Shown one piece after another: positions 48,896 through 60,989 of a DNA stretch of 64,000 nt. Every line of letters begins with the position of its first letter. The stretch's first letter is position 1. Origin of the DNA: Octopus sinensis (lineage: Eukaryota); assembly GCF_006345805.1 (NCBI RefSeq), contig NC_043010.1:54436001-54500000 (forward strand). The letters run 5' to 3'. Both the position numbers and the translations under genes were made by a program. The notes beneath the pieces were generated by a model. The model was not told the origin of the DNA. It saw only the letters and a program-made list of their open reading frames with translations, and did not search any database.

Positions 48896-50311
48896 ATTAT
48901 ACTGTAGACCACTCTTCCAAACCAGCATCATTTTAAAGATATATATGTAGCGGTCTCTAAGAACTTTATCTACAACATCCCGATTACACCGCAGAAATAT
49001 TACTTTGAAACGTCATCAGATAAGAAAATCATTATCAAATGAATAGAATTTCCCCTTAACTCTGGTATTAATGACCCCTGTATCACTTCACGTACTATCA
49101 CGATACCGTTTCTTAATACAAATTAAGAACATTAAGCTATTTTAGTCTAACATATTGCATACTATCTACGTCAATAAATTGGTATTCTGTAAGCACAGAA
49201 ATATATTCCACTTCAGAATATAATATGATATCCAGTTCATTTAGAAATAACGGGAAATTGTTTTCTCAGATAAAAACCAAATATCTTGATGAAATTGATT
49301 AACCATATAGAACAAACAACTCGTCAAAGTTATTAGTCGATGATATAAAAAAATAATCTTAGATATTTATAACAGCATAAACAATAAGAGAATAAATGTA
49401 CCAGGCACTCTTAAACTGGATAAATTATTTGAATATTTATTTAACCGTGAATCGTTTATCGTACGCAAATATCATAAGAGAATTTTGCCTCTAACTACAA
49501 CTGCAAATTAATCTCTCATATAAACACGTGGCCGGATTAATCAGAAAAACCATTTAAATAATATTAACTGTAAACTTCATATGCGAAGGAAAATAATTTG
49601 AAGCGATGGAACGGGATAATTAACTGAGTTACATATATCAATATTAGCGACTTCCAGTTTCCTGAATTCAGAAGTTGCTTATTTCACTGTCCAACTCAAT
49701 ATTGTTACCGGCTAGCCTTCTACAACTTGTTATGTATTCGAGTATCGCTATAGTTAACAATGATATAGATGTCACTATTCATGCCACGCTAATTATTTTT
49801 CAGAAAGACTACTTCTGGGTTATACTCTAGCACAAATATTTGTCTCACGTTAGCAAATTTTCATTATCAACTCAGGGGAAAATCACCGCCAACGTAGATT
49901 AGTTCTAATTTATTTAGTCATGTTGATCCGGAAATCCCCCCCCACCCCCTCGCAAAATTATATTTCTTTATAATCTTAATCTATGGCGTTTGAAAGATAT
50001 TTTATAACCTTTCATGAAAACACCCATTTTCATCAAACTTATGTGGGGAAAAATTCGTATTACAATTATAAAGAAATACGTGCGGAAAATATTTTGTGAG
50101 GCGGTGGGGAGTGGAGTTCCGGATCAGGGAGACCAAATAAATCCCTACATATTCTGAAGCCCCAATATCTGTGTGGTATTTTTAGAAAATTTTGTTGAAA
50201 ATTATTAATTTTTCTAGCTGTTATAAAGCAACGAAGTCGGGACGTTTACATCTGTATTCATGTACTTTTATTTAAACGATTTTTTCATTTCACATTTATT
50301 CCAGTCGTTGT

Positions 50312-51358
50312 TTGTACAAGATGTTTGAAATCCTTAAGCTCTATGGGATACCAGACAAAATCATTTCTGCCATCAAGGTCCTCTACACAGGTACGTCTTC
50401 AACCATCTTAACCCCTGACGGAGAAACATCATCTTTCTCAATCAAAGCCGGAATACTGCAGGGAGACACACTCGCCCCATTTCTTTTCATCATTGTTATT
50501 GATTATGTGCTACGTATGTCAGTTGATACCATCTCTGGCAAGAGCTTTGAAATAAAACCAAGAAGAAGTTCCAGACACCCAGCTGAGTACTTGACAGACA
50601 CTGACTTTGCTGACGACATCGCTCTTATCAGTGATTCTCTCTCCAATGCCCAGTCTCTTTTACAATCTCTTGAACAAGCCTCAAATTGTGTAGGTCTTTA
50701 CCTCAATGAGGCCAAAACTGAATACATAAACAAGTGCCTGTCCAACAGTGATTGCATAATCCATACTCTCAACAATGCGCCCTTAAATATGGTTTCTGAT
50801 TATAAATATCTTGGGTCATACATATCATCATCTGGAAAATATTTTCTAACTAGAAAGGGTATTGTTTGGTCAGCCTGTAATGACATGCATAAGATCTGGT
50901 CATCAAATCTAAGTAGAGACTTCAAACTTGAAATCTTCAAAGCCACAGTCGAACCAATTCTACTATATGGCTCAGAAACCTGGACGTTATCAAAGAAGCT
51001 TGAGAGGCGGTTGGATGGAACCTACACTCGCCTCCTTATGAGAGCTCAAAATCTCTCGTGGAAGCGCCATCCAACCAAAATGCAAATGTATGGGAAACTA
51101 CCACCTGTGTCATCTCTTGTGAAAGGTAGGAGAGTCCTGTTTGCTGGACATTGTTGTAGAGCTGAAAAAGAAGTAATTTCTACTCTTCTCCTCTCGAAGC
51201 CATCTGCTCGCAAAACCAGAGGGCGCACACTCTCCTACTCTGATGTAATCTCCAAGGATACAGGCATCCAGCAACAGGACCTCCGTAATGCCATGATGGA
51301 CCGTGAAGCCTGGCGTAGCATGGTAAATTCCATTGTCTCGACCACGGTCGAACAATGA
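50312..51358 (+). CDS. Reverse transcriptase C-terminal half (348 aa, retrotransposon-derived, truncated, no endonuclease domain)
   Basis: Supplied ORF; RT motifs QGD and FADD; N-terminal RT subdomains and APE are absent. Confidence 0.75.
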   Translation: MYKMFEILKLYGIPDKIISAIKVLYTGTSSTILTPDGETSSFSIKAGILQGDTLAPFLFIIVIDYVLRMSVDTISGKSFEIKPRRSSRHPAEYLTDTDFADDIALISDSLSNAQSLLQSLEQASNCVGLYLNEAKTEYINKCLSNSDCIIHTLNNAPLNMVSDYKYLGSYISSSGKYFLTRKGIVWSACNDMHKIWSSNLSRDFKLEIFKATVEPILLYGSETWTLSKKLERRLDGTYTRLLMRAQNLSWKRHPTKMQMYGKLPPVSSLVKGRRVLFAGHCCRAEKEVISTLLLSKPSARKTRGRTLSYSDVISKDTGIQQQDLRNAMMDREAWRSMVNSIVSTTVEQ

Positions 51359-51374
51359 TGATGATGATGATAAT
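50318..51374 (+). mobile_element. 5'-truncated RTE-superfamily LINE with (TGA)n tail
   Basis: Uninterrupted RT ORF containing YGIP, GILQGDTLAPFLF, FADDIAL, YKYLGS, ILLYGSETW, FAGH and DREAWR; the stop codon runs directly into TGATGATGATGA. Confidence 0.93.
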
Positions 51375-52268
51375 GCAATGTTCTCTCTCCCCAGTCACTC
51401 TCTCCCTCCCTCTGTCACACACACACTGTAAAGCTTACAGATGGGCTGGTGAATTGAAATCTGTATATGTTTCTTTGAGAGAAGGTAAAACTTGACAAAA
51501 GCTCTCCCCTCCGTAGTTGGACTATCTTGATATTTGTTTAAGAGATGGTGCTTATGATTATGATAAGATAATCGTAGTAATATTTGCTAAGCAGATGAGG
51601 ACTCTTATGCAAAGAAACAATTGGATGTAAAATATCATCAAAATTATTAGCATTGGGAATCAAATGTGAGAATAACATCAAATTGCAAGCAGAAAACCAC
51701 CCGGAAGGTGCTCTTTCTGCTACTTTAAAATAATTTAGGTAAAATACGTGGAGAAACAGCACATGACCATTTAAACAAGGGCCCGACACCGGAGCAATTA
51801 TATATAAGTAGAAGTTCACTACTATTAAAATATCATTTTATAGTATTATAATATGGCTTCTAGAATGTACAACAGCAAGTTGCAATCTCATTTTAATTTT
51901 CCTAGTCGGTGGTAAATTTTGTCACCATTTCTTATCTAATAAATGAGGCAGTTAAGCATTCTGAGGTTGTTATAAAATTTGCTGTTACGGAGAGCTGAAA
52001 GTAACTAAAAGTAACATAATATAATCAATATTTTATTGCTGAATTTGTTTCGGGATACGATTGCTCTCATTCTGTATATCAGAAATCGAGAGAGTTGATG
52101 GAGAGGGAGAAGAAGAATGAGCGGGAGAGTGAAAAGTGAGTGATCGGTAAAGGGGAGGGAGTGTAAGAAAAGGCTAGCCGCGTACGTATCTGTATTTTGA
52201 TGCATGCAATTGAAGAAAATTTACAACAGGAAGGTATACAAATTCACGCATGCAAGAATTTTGGTCGT

Positions 52269-52299
<31 letters not shown>

Positions 52300-52301
<2 letters not shown>

Positions 52302-52608
52302 AAGACTCCGCCGGTTACACGAACGACGGTCCCACTGATACGATCAACGGAACAGCTGCTCGTGAAATTAACGTGCAAAAGGCTGAGTATTCCACAGACA
52401 CGTGTATAACGTAGTTCTCGGGATAATCAGCGTGACACAGAGAGTGACAAGCTGGCCCTTTGAAATACAAGTACAACTCATTTTTGCCAGCTGAGTGGAC
52501 TGGAGCAACGTGAAATAAAGTGTCTTGCTCAAGGACACACGCGTCGGGAATCGAACTCACAACCAGATCATGAGCCAAATGCCCTAACCACTAAGCCACG
52601 CGTCACAT
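52300..52608 (-). mobile_element. Chimeric SINE: family D head and core with family C tail
   Basis: Reverse complement GTGGCTTAGTGGTTAGGG...CCACTCAGCTGGCAAAAATGAGTTGTAC switches to TGTATTTCAAAGGGCCAGCTTGTCACTCTCTGTGTCACGCTG of family C. Confidence 0.85.
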
Positions 52609-53084
52609 ATATATATATATATACTCACATAAACACACACAAACTCACGAACGCACACGCAAACACATACACAAAGAGGCGCATATATATAAAGTGAGTA
52701 ATATTCCAGGCGAAGTGCTTCATAAAATCTCTGTACAGTGGAATACAACTGGCAAAAAATTATTTGTCCTGTCACAGATGTGTGGATTCTGACAATCAGA
52801 ACTTAAACTGTCACCATCCCAATTATTTATCAGTACTATAGGCACCAAAATGCAATTTGTATGTAGTTACAGAATAACAGTGGAAATGCAGATGATGCAC
52901 TTCTTAACATAAATGTATAAAAATCCCTTATCTATGAGCATTTTGTCTGTCTTTCTCTCTCCCTTGTCTCTTCTCTCTCTCTCTCTGTATTTTTTGTTTT
53001 GTTGGCATCCTTTTGTCTCGGGAGGCAAGGGAGTAGCACATAAACTAATCCAGTCTGTTTTTTTACATTTCATGTCCTCTCCAG

Positions 53085-53235
53085 TTTTGCGCAGGCCTGG
53101 ACTAGATGTAAGAAAATCCTGGATAGCCCAGGCGTCGGGATTCCTCTCTTGACCTTGCTGACGTAATCCAAAGGAGTGCAGAGCATTACGTTTGGCACCA
53201 ACATGGTTGCAGGAGCCTCCGGAAGAGTGTCGAGT
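53085..53235 (+). mobile_element. GC-rich fragment resembling the 5' region of RTE/BovB-type LINEs
   Basis: GATTCCTCTCTTGACCTTGCTGACGTAATCCAAAGG...TACGTTTGGCACCAAC...GCAGGAG; similarity recalled from memory, not verified. Confidence 0.35.
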
Positions 53236-53659
53236 CGAACACTAAGCCGCCTAAGGGGCTACACATCCCTTCGACTACGATAAAACTATACTATGAATCA
53301 AGGAGGAGACTCCATTCATAGGTATTTAATTAATTATGTTTCATTAATATGTTTGAAATATTCATGCAGCGCGATATGATAATAGAATTGAAGCTAGTAT
53401 ATGGTGGTAGAATGAATTTATCACCAGAGAAATTTTGAGATTTTACGCAAAATAAGATAAAGGGAAGTAAAAATAGACAAGAAAAGACAAAATGGGATCG
53501 GCACTGAGATATCTATATATATTTCGAAGGAAACTTGAACGTAGTATATAGAAGATCCACACTCGCAAAACTTATTGTCAAACATATTTTTTCGTAACTA
53601 GTTAAGATTACTTCAACAGTTTTCCCTCAATAAAAATGTAGAAATGTTTATCGTAACTT

Positions 53660-53704
53660 ATACATACAGGTATATATATATATATAAACACGTAGAGACA
53701 TGCA

Positions 53705-53762
<58 letters not shown>

Positions 53763-54137
53763 GTGTGTGTGTGTGTGTGTATATATGTTTGCACACATAC
53801 AACCTCAGACGCACTCCCATATACGCATTCCATATCCGCTTCTCTGAGGTTCTTAAAATGATGGATCGGTTTGATTTTCCGTTCATATAATGAGAAAATA
53901 TTAACAGGTTAAAATATCACATTCGCATCAGTCACGTTGTGGTTTGTACGAAAAGTGAATGAATTTTAATATGACGGGGAGCCAAATACTCCGACAACTG
54001 GATACATGACAGCGAGTGAAAAAGAAAAGCAAGGCAGGATATCAAGAAAAGAAGACGACTGGAATATTATATTACGTTATGCAGATCAGTCCAAAAGAAA
54101 TTTGTAGTCTTCATGCAAATAAAAGATATATATATAT

Positions 54138-54194
<57 letters not shown>

Positions 54195-54539
54195 TATATT
54201 AATGTGTGTCCGACGCGCCTTCGTCAATAAATTTATGTTATGTGAAAATAAAGTTACAAATGTGTTTATAAAACACCTATAAACACGCGTATATACACAC
54301 ATATATATATATGCGCATACATATATACAAGCACATACACAGCCGCATGGACTCACGCATGCATACACACTTATATATGAATATATATGTATATATATGT
54401 ATATATATATATATATATATATGTATAAATATGTGTATATATAAATGTATATATATGTATATATGTATATGTATATATGTATATATATGCATATACCTAT
54501 ATATGTATGTATATATGTATATATACATATATATATATA

Positions 54540-54584
<45 letters not shown>

Positions 54585-54720
54585 ATAAATGCATATGTTT
54601 ATATATATATATATATATAGGTATGTATTTATTTACACATATATACGAATATACATAGCATGCACGAAAAAGCAGAGACACACATTTATAAACACACACA
54701 CACAAACACACACATAGAGA
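53660..54720. repeat. (TA)n/(TG)n/(TATG)n low-complexity blocks
   Basis: Tracts at 53660-53790 and 54125-54720. Confidence 0.88.
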
Positions 54721-55059
54721 CACAGTTACTTATAACAATGAATGGCGTGGAACTTACGTTTCGACGTATACCAATTTAGGTAACTGTTCTAGAATACGGA
54801 AAACGCTATTGCCGGTACAGCATAAAACTTTACAATATATACTAATAATTATTTTAGAATTAAGAAAATTTACTAATTGATAGTGAAGCAATTTGAAATG
54901 CGATAATACTGAATAGGATTCTAGGTAGCAACACATTTAATTATATTTTTAATCTTATACCAGTTTTTTTTACGTTAATTTGATTTTTATATGAGAGTGT
55001 TTCTGTGTTTGTGTGTCTGTATGTGCGCGCGTACACATACACATACATATATATATATA

Positions 55060-55121
<62 letters not shown>

Positions 55122-55145
55122 ATATATATTATATATATATATATA

Positions 55146-55378
55146 TATTCCTTTATTACCCACAAGGGGCTAAACACAGAGGGGACAAACAAGGACAGAC
55201 AAAGGGATTAAGTCGATTACATCGACCCCAGTGCGTAACTGGTACTTAATTTATCGACCCCGAAAGGATGAATGGCAAAGTCGACATCGGGGTAATTTGA
55301 AATCAGAACGTAACGGCAGATGAAATACCGCTAAGCATCTCGCACGATGTGCTAGCGTTTCCGGCAGCTCACCGCCTT
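55146..55378 (-). mobile_element. SINE B1, full length, inserted in (TA)n
   Basis: Complete head to tail on the minus strand with (TA)n on both sides. Confidence 0.92.
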
Positions 55379-55401
55379 ACTATATATATATATATATATA
55401 T

Positions 55402-55444
55402 AACTGTCTGTCGAACGGGGAGGTGAAACTCCGAGTAACATGTT
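55402..55444 (+). ncRNA. Degenerate minimal type-I hammerhead motif (A6U) heading an about 150-bp repeat bounded by (TA)n
   Basis: AACUGU-CUGUCGA-ACGGGGAGGU-GAAAC-UCCGA-GUA-ACAUGUU; stem I has 6 bp with a 1-nt bulge and stem II has 2 bp. Confidence 0.55.
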
Positions 55445-55899
55445 TTGTTGAATTTCTGCTGCTTTTAAATAAAGCATATTCTTCTACCCCTGGTATTTGA
55501 GTACTCTTTTTTGCACCTTGTTTCACATTTATATGCTTACTCCGGTATATATATATATGGAGATAATGATAGCCGCTCGTTGTCTGAAAAGCATAGTTCT
55601 AAAGATTCTGGTTGAACAAGCTGCATGAATACTTGGTTTATATTGATCATGTGTCCGTGCTGTACGATACATTCTCTCCATCATCTCGAATTTAACTCAA
55701 CAGGTGCGGAGACTGAAGTGAAATGAACCTTTGTGCTCGGGAAAACCAGGAAATACACGATCTACGAATTGGAAGCAGGATCACGTGAAAGTGAGTGCAA
55801 TACCTTAAACACTAGGTCATGCACCCGGACTACATAATATGTCTGCATGCACACACACACACACACGCACACACACACACATATATATATATATATGTA

Positions 55900-55992
55900 C
55901 TAGAAGACACTTGCCCAAAGTGCCACGCAGTGGGACTGAACCCGGAACCATGTGGTTGGTAAGCAAGTTACTTACCACTCAGCCACTCCTGT
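55900..55992 (-). mobile_element. SINE A head
   Basis: AGAAGACACTTGCCCAAAGTGCCACGCAGTGGGACTGAACCCGGAACCATGTGG...AGCCACTCCTG. Confidence 0.88.
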
Positions 55993-55994
55993 GC

Positions 55995-56018
55995 ATATAT
56001 ATATATAATATATATATA

Positions 56019-56067
<49 letters not shown>

Positions 56068-56101
56068 ATATATATATATATATATATGTAATATATATAT
56101 G

Positions 56102-56160
<59 letters not shown>

Positions 56161-56290
56161 TTATGTATATATATATATATATATTTATGTATATATATAT
56201 TATATATATACATATATGTGTGTGTGTGTGTATGTATTTATATTTACATATGTACATGTGTTCCTGTACATACATACTAGTATGCGTTTC
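55995..56290. repeat. (TA)n-rich microsatellite
   Basis: Direct reading. Confidence 0.93.
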
Positions 56291-56774
56291 CCTGTGTTTA
56301 TGTGTGTATATATGGAAACAAAATTGAAGGAAGAAGAAAGACGCATTATGATGATAACGATGCCTTAACAATTAAAGCATCAAAGAATTGAAGGCACTGA
56401 TTTGCATGACCACAGACATCACTAACGTTCTGTTATGAAAAAGAAAATCCATTAACAACGATGCAAAATTAATAAACACAACAGAAGCAAATAGTTACGA
56501 AAGTTTTTGATGATAAATGCTGTCCTCATTACGATTATCTTAATACCACTTTCGTACCACTAATGGCCACAAAAATTACAGACTGATTTTCCATATGGAA
56601 ATTACTGTTGTGCATATCAAATCAACACGAAAGACATTTAATTTAATGCAAAGAATAACACATCAACCAAACGAAAACTTCACAAATATCTGTCTGTATG
56701 AAATTAGAAACAATATGTTGAAAAGATGTCATTTTTCATTCGGACGGAATTGCCAGAAAAGAATACATGATATT

Positions 56775-56955
56775 GTTTTCTACTCGAAGCACAAGGCCAG
56801 AAATTTTGGGAGAGGTGGGGTACCATCGATGATATTGACCCCACTAGGCTTCTGGTACTTAATTTATCGACCTCGAATTATGAAAGGCATGATCGACCTC
56901 GGCTGAGTTTTAACTCAGAACGTAAAGACAAACGAAATATTGTCAAGCATTTCGC
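56775..56955 (-). mobile_element. SINE B2 copy lying between 28-bp direct repeats
   Basis: CTGTTGTGCATATCAAATCAACACGAAA at 56605-56632 and 56956-56983. Confidence 0.8.
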
Positions 56956-56994
56956 CTGTTGTGCATATCAAATCAACACGAAATCAACACAATA

Positions 56995-57555
56995 TTCTAT
57001 TCTAGTGTAGGCATAAGGCTCGAAGTTTTGGGGAAGTGGGCCATCGATGAGATTGACCCCACGACGCTTTTGTTACTAAATTTATAGACCACGTATGATG
57101 AAAGGCAAAGTCGACCTCGGCAGAATGTGAACTCAGAACGGAAAGACAAACGAAATATCTGGGGGGGGGGGGGGTTTAACCCACAAAGGCCTAAACATAG
57201 AGGGGACAAACAAGGACAGACAAACGGATTAAGTCGATTATATCGAACCCAGTGCGTAACTGGTAATTAATTTATTGACCCCGAAAGAATGAAAAGCAAA
57301 GTCGACCTCGGCGCAATTTGAACTCAGAACGGAAAGACAAACGAAATATCTGTTTTTTATTACCCACAAAGGGCTAAACATTGAGGGGACAAACAAGGAC
57401 AGACAAACGGATTAAGTCGATTATATCGAACCCAGTGCGTAACTGGTAATTAATTTATTGACCCCGAAAGGATGTAATGCAAAGTCGACCTCGGCGGATT
57501 TTGAACTCAGAACGTAAAGACAAACGAAATACCGTTCAGCATTTCGCCCGTCGTG
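56995..57555 (-). mobile_element. SINE B trimer (B1-B1-B2)
   Basis: Three tandem bodies joined at the same internal register (...AGATATTTCG on the element strand) as the 26.4-kb trimer; the two B1 units share private variants. Confidence 0.88.
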
Positions 57556-59102
57556 AAAGTACAGAATATTGAAGAGGAACATAGACAGCGTTTGAATTGA
57601 AGCGTCCGCATTCTAAATTCCTCAAACACTAATGCTACAACCAGACTCAAAATTATGTATCATTCAGCCAAATATCTAATAACGGCCCATAGTGCATTAG
57701 CGCAAATATTCCACCGTACGCTGGAAGAGAATGGAAGAATTATCACTGGGGTAACCAAAAGCCACCATATGAAAATTAAAGACGAGCTGTGCTTGTTCTA
57801 CGTCACTCTCAATATTATGTTTGACATTTATGCATGGATATTGTAACTATTAATTGTTCTCCATCTAACCGTTTTTTCCCTCCAAATCAAAGCTTCACAT
57901 AATTATTGAAACCCTAATTAAAATTACTCCCACTCAGATCGTGCTCTTCTACTAGATGTAATTTGAAAATTTCATCATAAGACTATTCCTTGGACGTCTA
58001 TTTCCTAGGTGCCATTAGAGAGAAATTTAATTATATACCTAGCAGATGAATCGACCACATAGAAAATCCTTCGCTCGCTCGTACGTGGTTTGTAATATAA
58101 CTGTAGCTCACTAGCATACACAAGTATGAACAATCAATTACATACTTTCGAACACTAGCATACTATTATCTTGCTAAAGTTTCTCCAGTAAAATGTATGC
58201 ATAAAACATATATATAAACAATTGTTTCAGATATTAAAAAAAATCATACTTCGTTTAATAAATAAAAATTCTGAAAATTTTAATAAACGATTATTCAATT
58301 TCTAAAATTACAAAATTCATGCATTTTAAAAATAGAAACAAATTATTGAAGGCGACAACGCGATCGCTACTAATAAAGGTCACGCCCGAAATGAAAGGTT
58401 CAAATTTCTAAGATATTGTTATTTCTACAGTTAGTTACTGGAACGTTTTCTTCGAGATTTTGAAATATTTCAATTATAACGTAATGGAAGATCGCTGTTA
58501 GAAAAACGACCGACCTTTCAGTCTCCCATTCATATCTTCAATGTTCCAGTAGACACGGAGCCTCGGCTTCTCTGTCTATATCAACAAATCATTTCGATCG
58601 TGTAACCACTCAGTGACAAAAGCAAGAATAGAGAGCCTGTTGTTGGAAAATATTTTGGTATATTGTTATGTAGCGATATCCATAATATTTAACGGCACCC
58701 TTTTAATTAATATTTCCAGAAAAAACATACATACATACATACATATATGCGTATATGTATGTAATTATTCAGTTTTATTTCAAGATTTTTGCCAATACAG
58801 AAAGAGCCGGTTCTAACCTAGATCCAAGTCTCCTCTATTACCATTTCAACAATATCAACAGGGTAATTTTCTACGTATATGTGCAAATTTTTATGATATG
58901 TTTTATGTACGTATTCTTATGCATGCAGTTGCTAATCTAGACATGCTCATATATAATGTACTTAAATGTTAAACTTCTTGAAAATTTTACAGATTTTTAC
59001 AATTATGGTGATCCATTGGACCTGTACTCATCCGATCAGCTTTCTCCTTTCTGGTTTTACGAATCCTAATTTCTCACGATCGGTATTTAGGCAGTGTCTT
59101 AC

Positions 59103-59182
59103 CTATCCCAGTGCTCAAAATAATTACAACTATAAGCATGGACTTGTAATATGGATAGAGTGCACGTACATATATGTCACTT
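59103..59182 (-). other. Candidate exon, possibly encoding a signal-peptide-like start (unverified)
   Basis: Acceptor TTTTATTACTATTTAACAG, donor AG|GTAAGA; ATG at 59139 gives MLIVVIILSTGI with a phase-1 end. Confidence 0.22.
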
Positions 59183-59312
59183 CTGTTAAATAGTAATAAA
59201 AATAAACATACACCTATATTTTGTGTACTGTTCCTCCTGTTTGCATCACCGAATCTATAATAAATACCACAATGCTTTCACTGGTATTTTCCCACTTAAA
59301 TTATTATATGTT

Positions 59313-60075
59313 TAAGGTGGCGACTGGAAGAATCGTTTGCCCGCCGGCCAGTATTTCGTCCGTCTTTACGTTCTGTGTTAGAATACCACTGAGGTCGACT
59401 CTGCCTTTCTTCCTTTCATGCTCGATAACTTAAGCTCCAGTGGATTACTGTATCGGTGTAATCGACTGTACCCTACCCCAAACTTGCTGGTTGGCTTTGT
59501 GACAAAATTAGAAATACCTCTTAAGATGTTTAAACATTAATGGTTTGAAATATCGGCACAAGATCAGCAATTTCAGGAGAGGGTTTCAGGCCGATTACAT
59601 GGAGCTCTGTGCTCATTTGATGCCTATTTTAATAATGATCGAGTTGGCGGAACTGTTAACACGCTGGCCAACATAATTTCCCCCGTCTCACGTCCGGCGT
59701 CCCATTTTTGAATTATTAGCGTTCGATGAAATAAGTTCCTGCGAAATACTAGTGGTCGATTTTTGTCGACTATACTCTCTTTCCAAATTTCAGGTCTTGT
59801 GCCTATAAAATAACGAATCATTATTAAAGAATTGTTATTATTATTATCCTTGATAAAGCAACGAGCTGCCAGAAACGTTGGCACGTTTCGAGGCATTTCT
59901 TTCGGCTCTCCTTCCTGACCTCAGTTTCCGCTGGTGTCGACCTTGAATTCCAGCTATTCGAGGTCGATAAAGTAATTACCAGGGAAACAATTAGGTCGAT
60001 GTAAATCCACTTGTCTCTCTCCCTCCCTTCAAACTTCTAGCCTTGTGCCAAAAATAAGAAAGAATCCATTGTTAA
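59313..60075. mobile_element. Cluster of old SINE B copies in alternating orientation
   Basis: Degenerate head, core and tail matches at about 59313-59518 (+), 59570-59800 (-) and 59850-60075 (+). Confidence 0.6.
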
Positions 60076-60129
60076 TACACAATAAAAAGAGGGCGATCTG
60101 CTTTGAATAAAGATTGTCTCTGTTTAATG

Positions 60130-60628
60130 AATCACTACCATTATTGTTATTCATTTTATTACAATCATCATCATCATAATCGTCATCGTCATCGTTATCT
60201 TCATGATCACCATCATCATCACGATCTTAAACATCACCATCATCATCATTTTTATCATCATTATCGCCGTCATCATCATCATCATCATCGACGTTGTCAA
60301 CACCACTACCATCGTCCTCCACCTTATCGTCATTATTATCATCAACATCATCATCCTCGTAATCGCCATATTCATCATCATCATCATCATCAACATCATC
60401 ATCATCAACATCATTATCGCCTCCACCACCACCAAAATCACCATCACCACCACAATCACCGCCACCACCATCGACGTCATCGTGGTCGTCATCGTGGTCG
60501 TCATCATCATCATCATCATCATCATCATCTTATCATCATCATCATAACAGTCATCACCACCACCGCCACCACCAAAACCACCATCACCAACGCAATCACC
60601 TCCACCACCATCGACGGCATCGTCGTCG

Positions 60629-60661
<33 letters not shown>

Positions 60662-60750
60662 CCGTCATTATCATCATCGTCATCATCATCTTTAACAACA
60701 TCATAATCAGTCTATTTGTCATCATTCTATTTATTGTCATGCATGAATGA
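60130..60750. repeat. Cryptic trinucleotide repeat (CAT/CAC/CGT variants)
   Basis: Direct reading; gives a stop-free His-rich 215-codon frame. Confidence 0.9.
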
Positions 60751-60989
60751 TACTTCGGTATCCGAATTCCCATATCTCACTTTACTAGCATCAATAGTGC
60801 TAATTCACCTGTGGCACCCCTGGAAATCGTCATAGGCTACTATGGCGAAAATCAATTTAATACCACATCTTCAATATGAATAAAGAATCTCATTGGCTGT
60901 AATTTAGTGCGCAGATTAAACAGAAACCCCAGAAAAGCAATTAAATTTAACTTTGAATTCTCATTCCGCTCATAACTATTTTAAAACGC

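Noticed and set aside
57151-57164. 14-nt G run as a G-quadruplex or regulatory site
   Set aside because: A homopolymer at a SINE multimer junction, possibly an untemplated addition or a sequencing artefact; no independent support.
60103-60750. 215-aa His-rich ORF that looks like a histidine-rich metal-binding or beak-type protein
   Set aside because: It lies wholly in a degenerate (CAT/CAC/CGT)n tract that is stop-free on this strand by composition; similar tracts occur at 11395 and 60990; no splice or Gly/His repeat-motif support.
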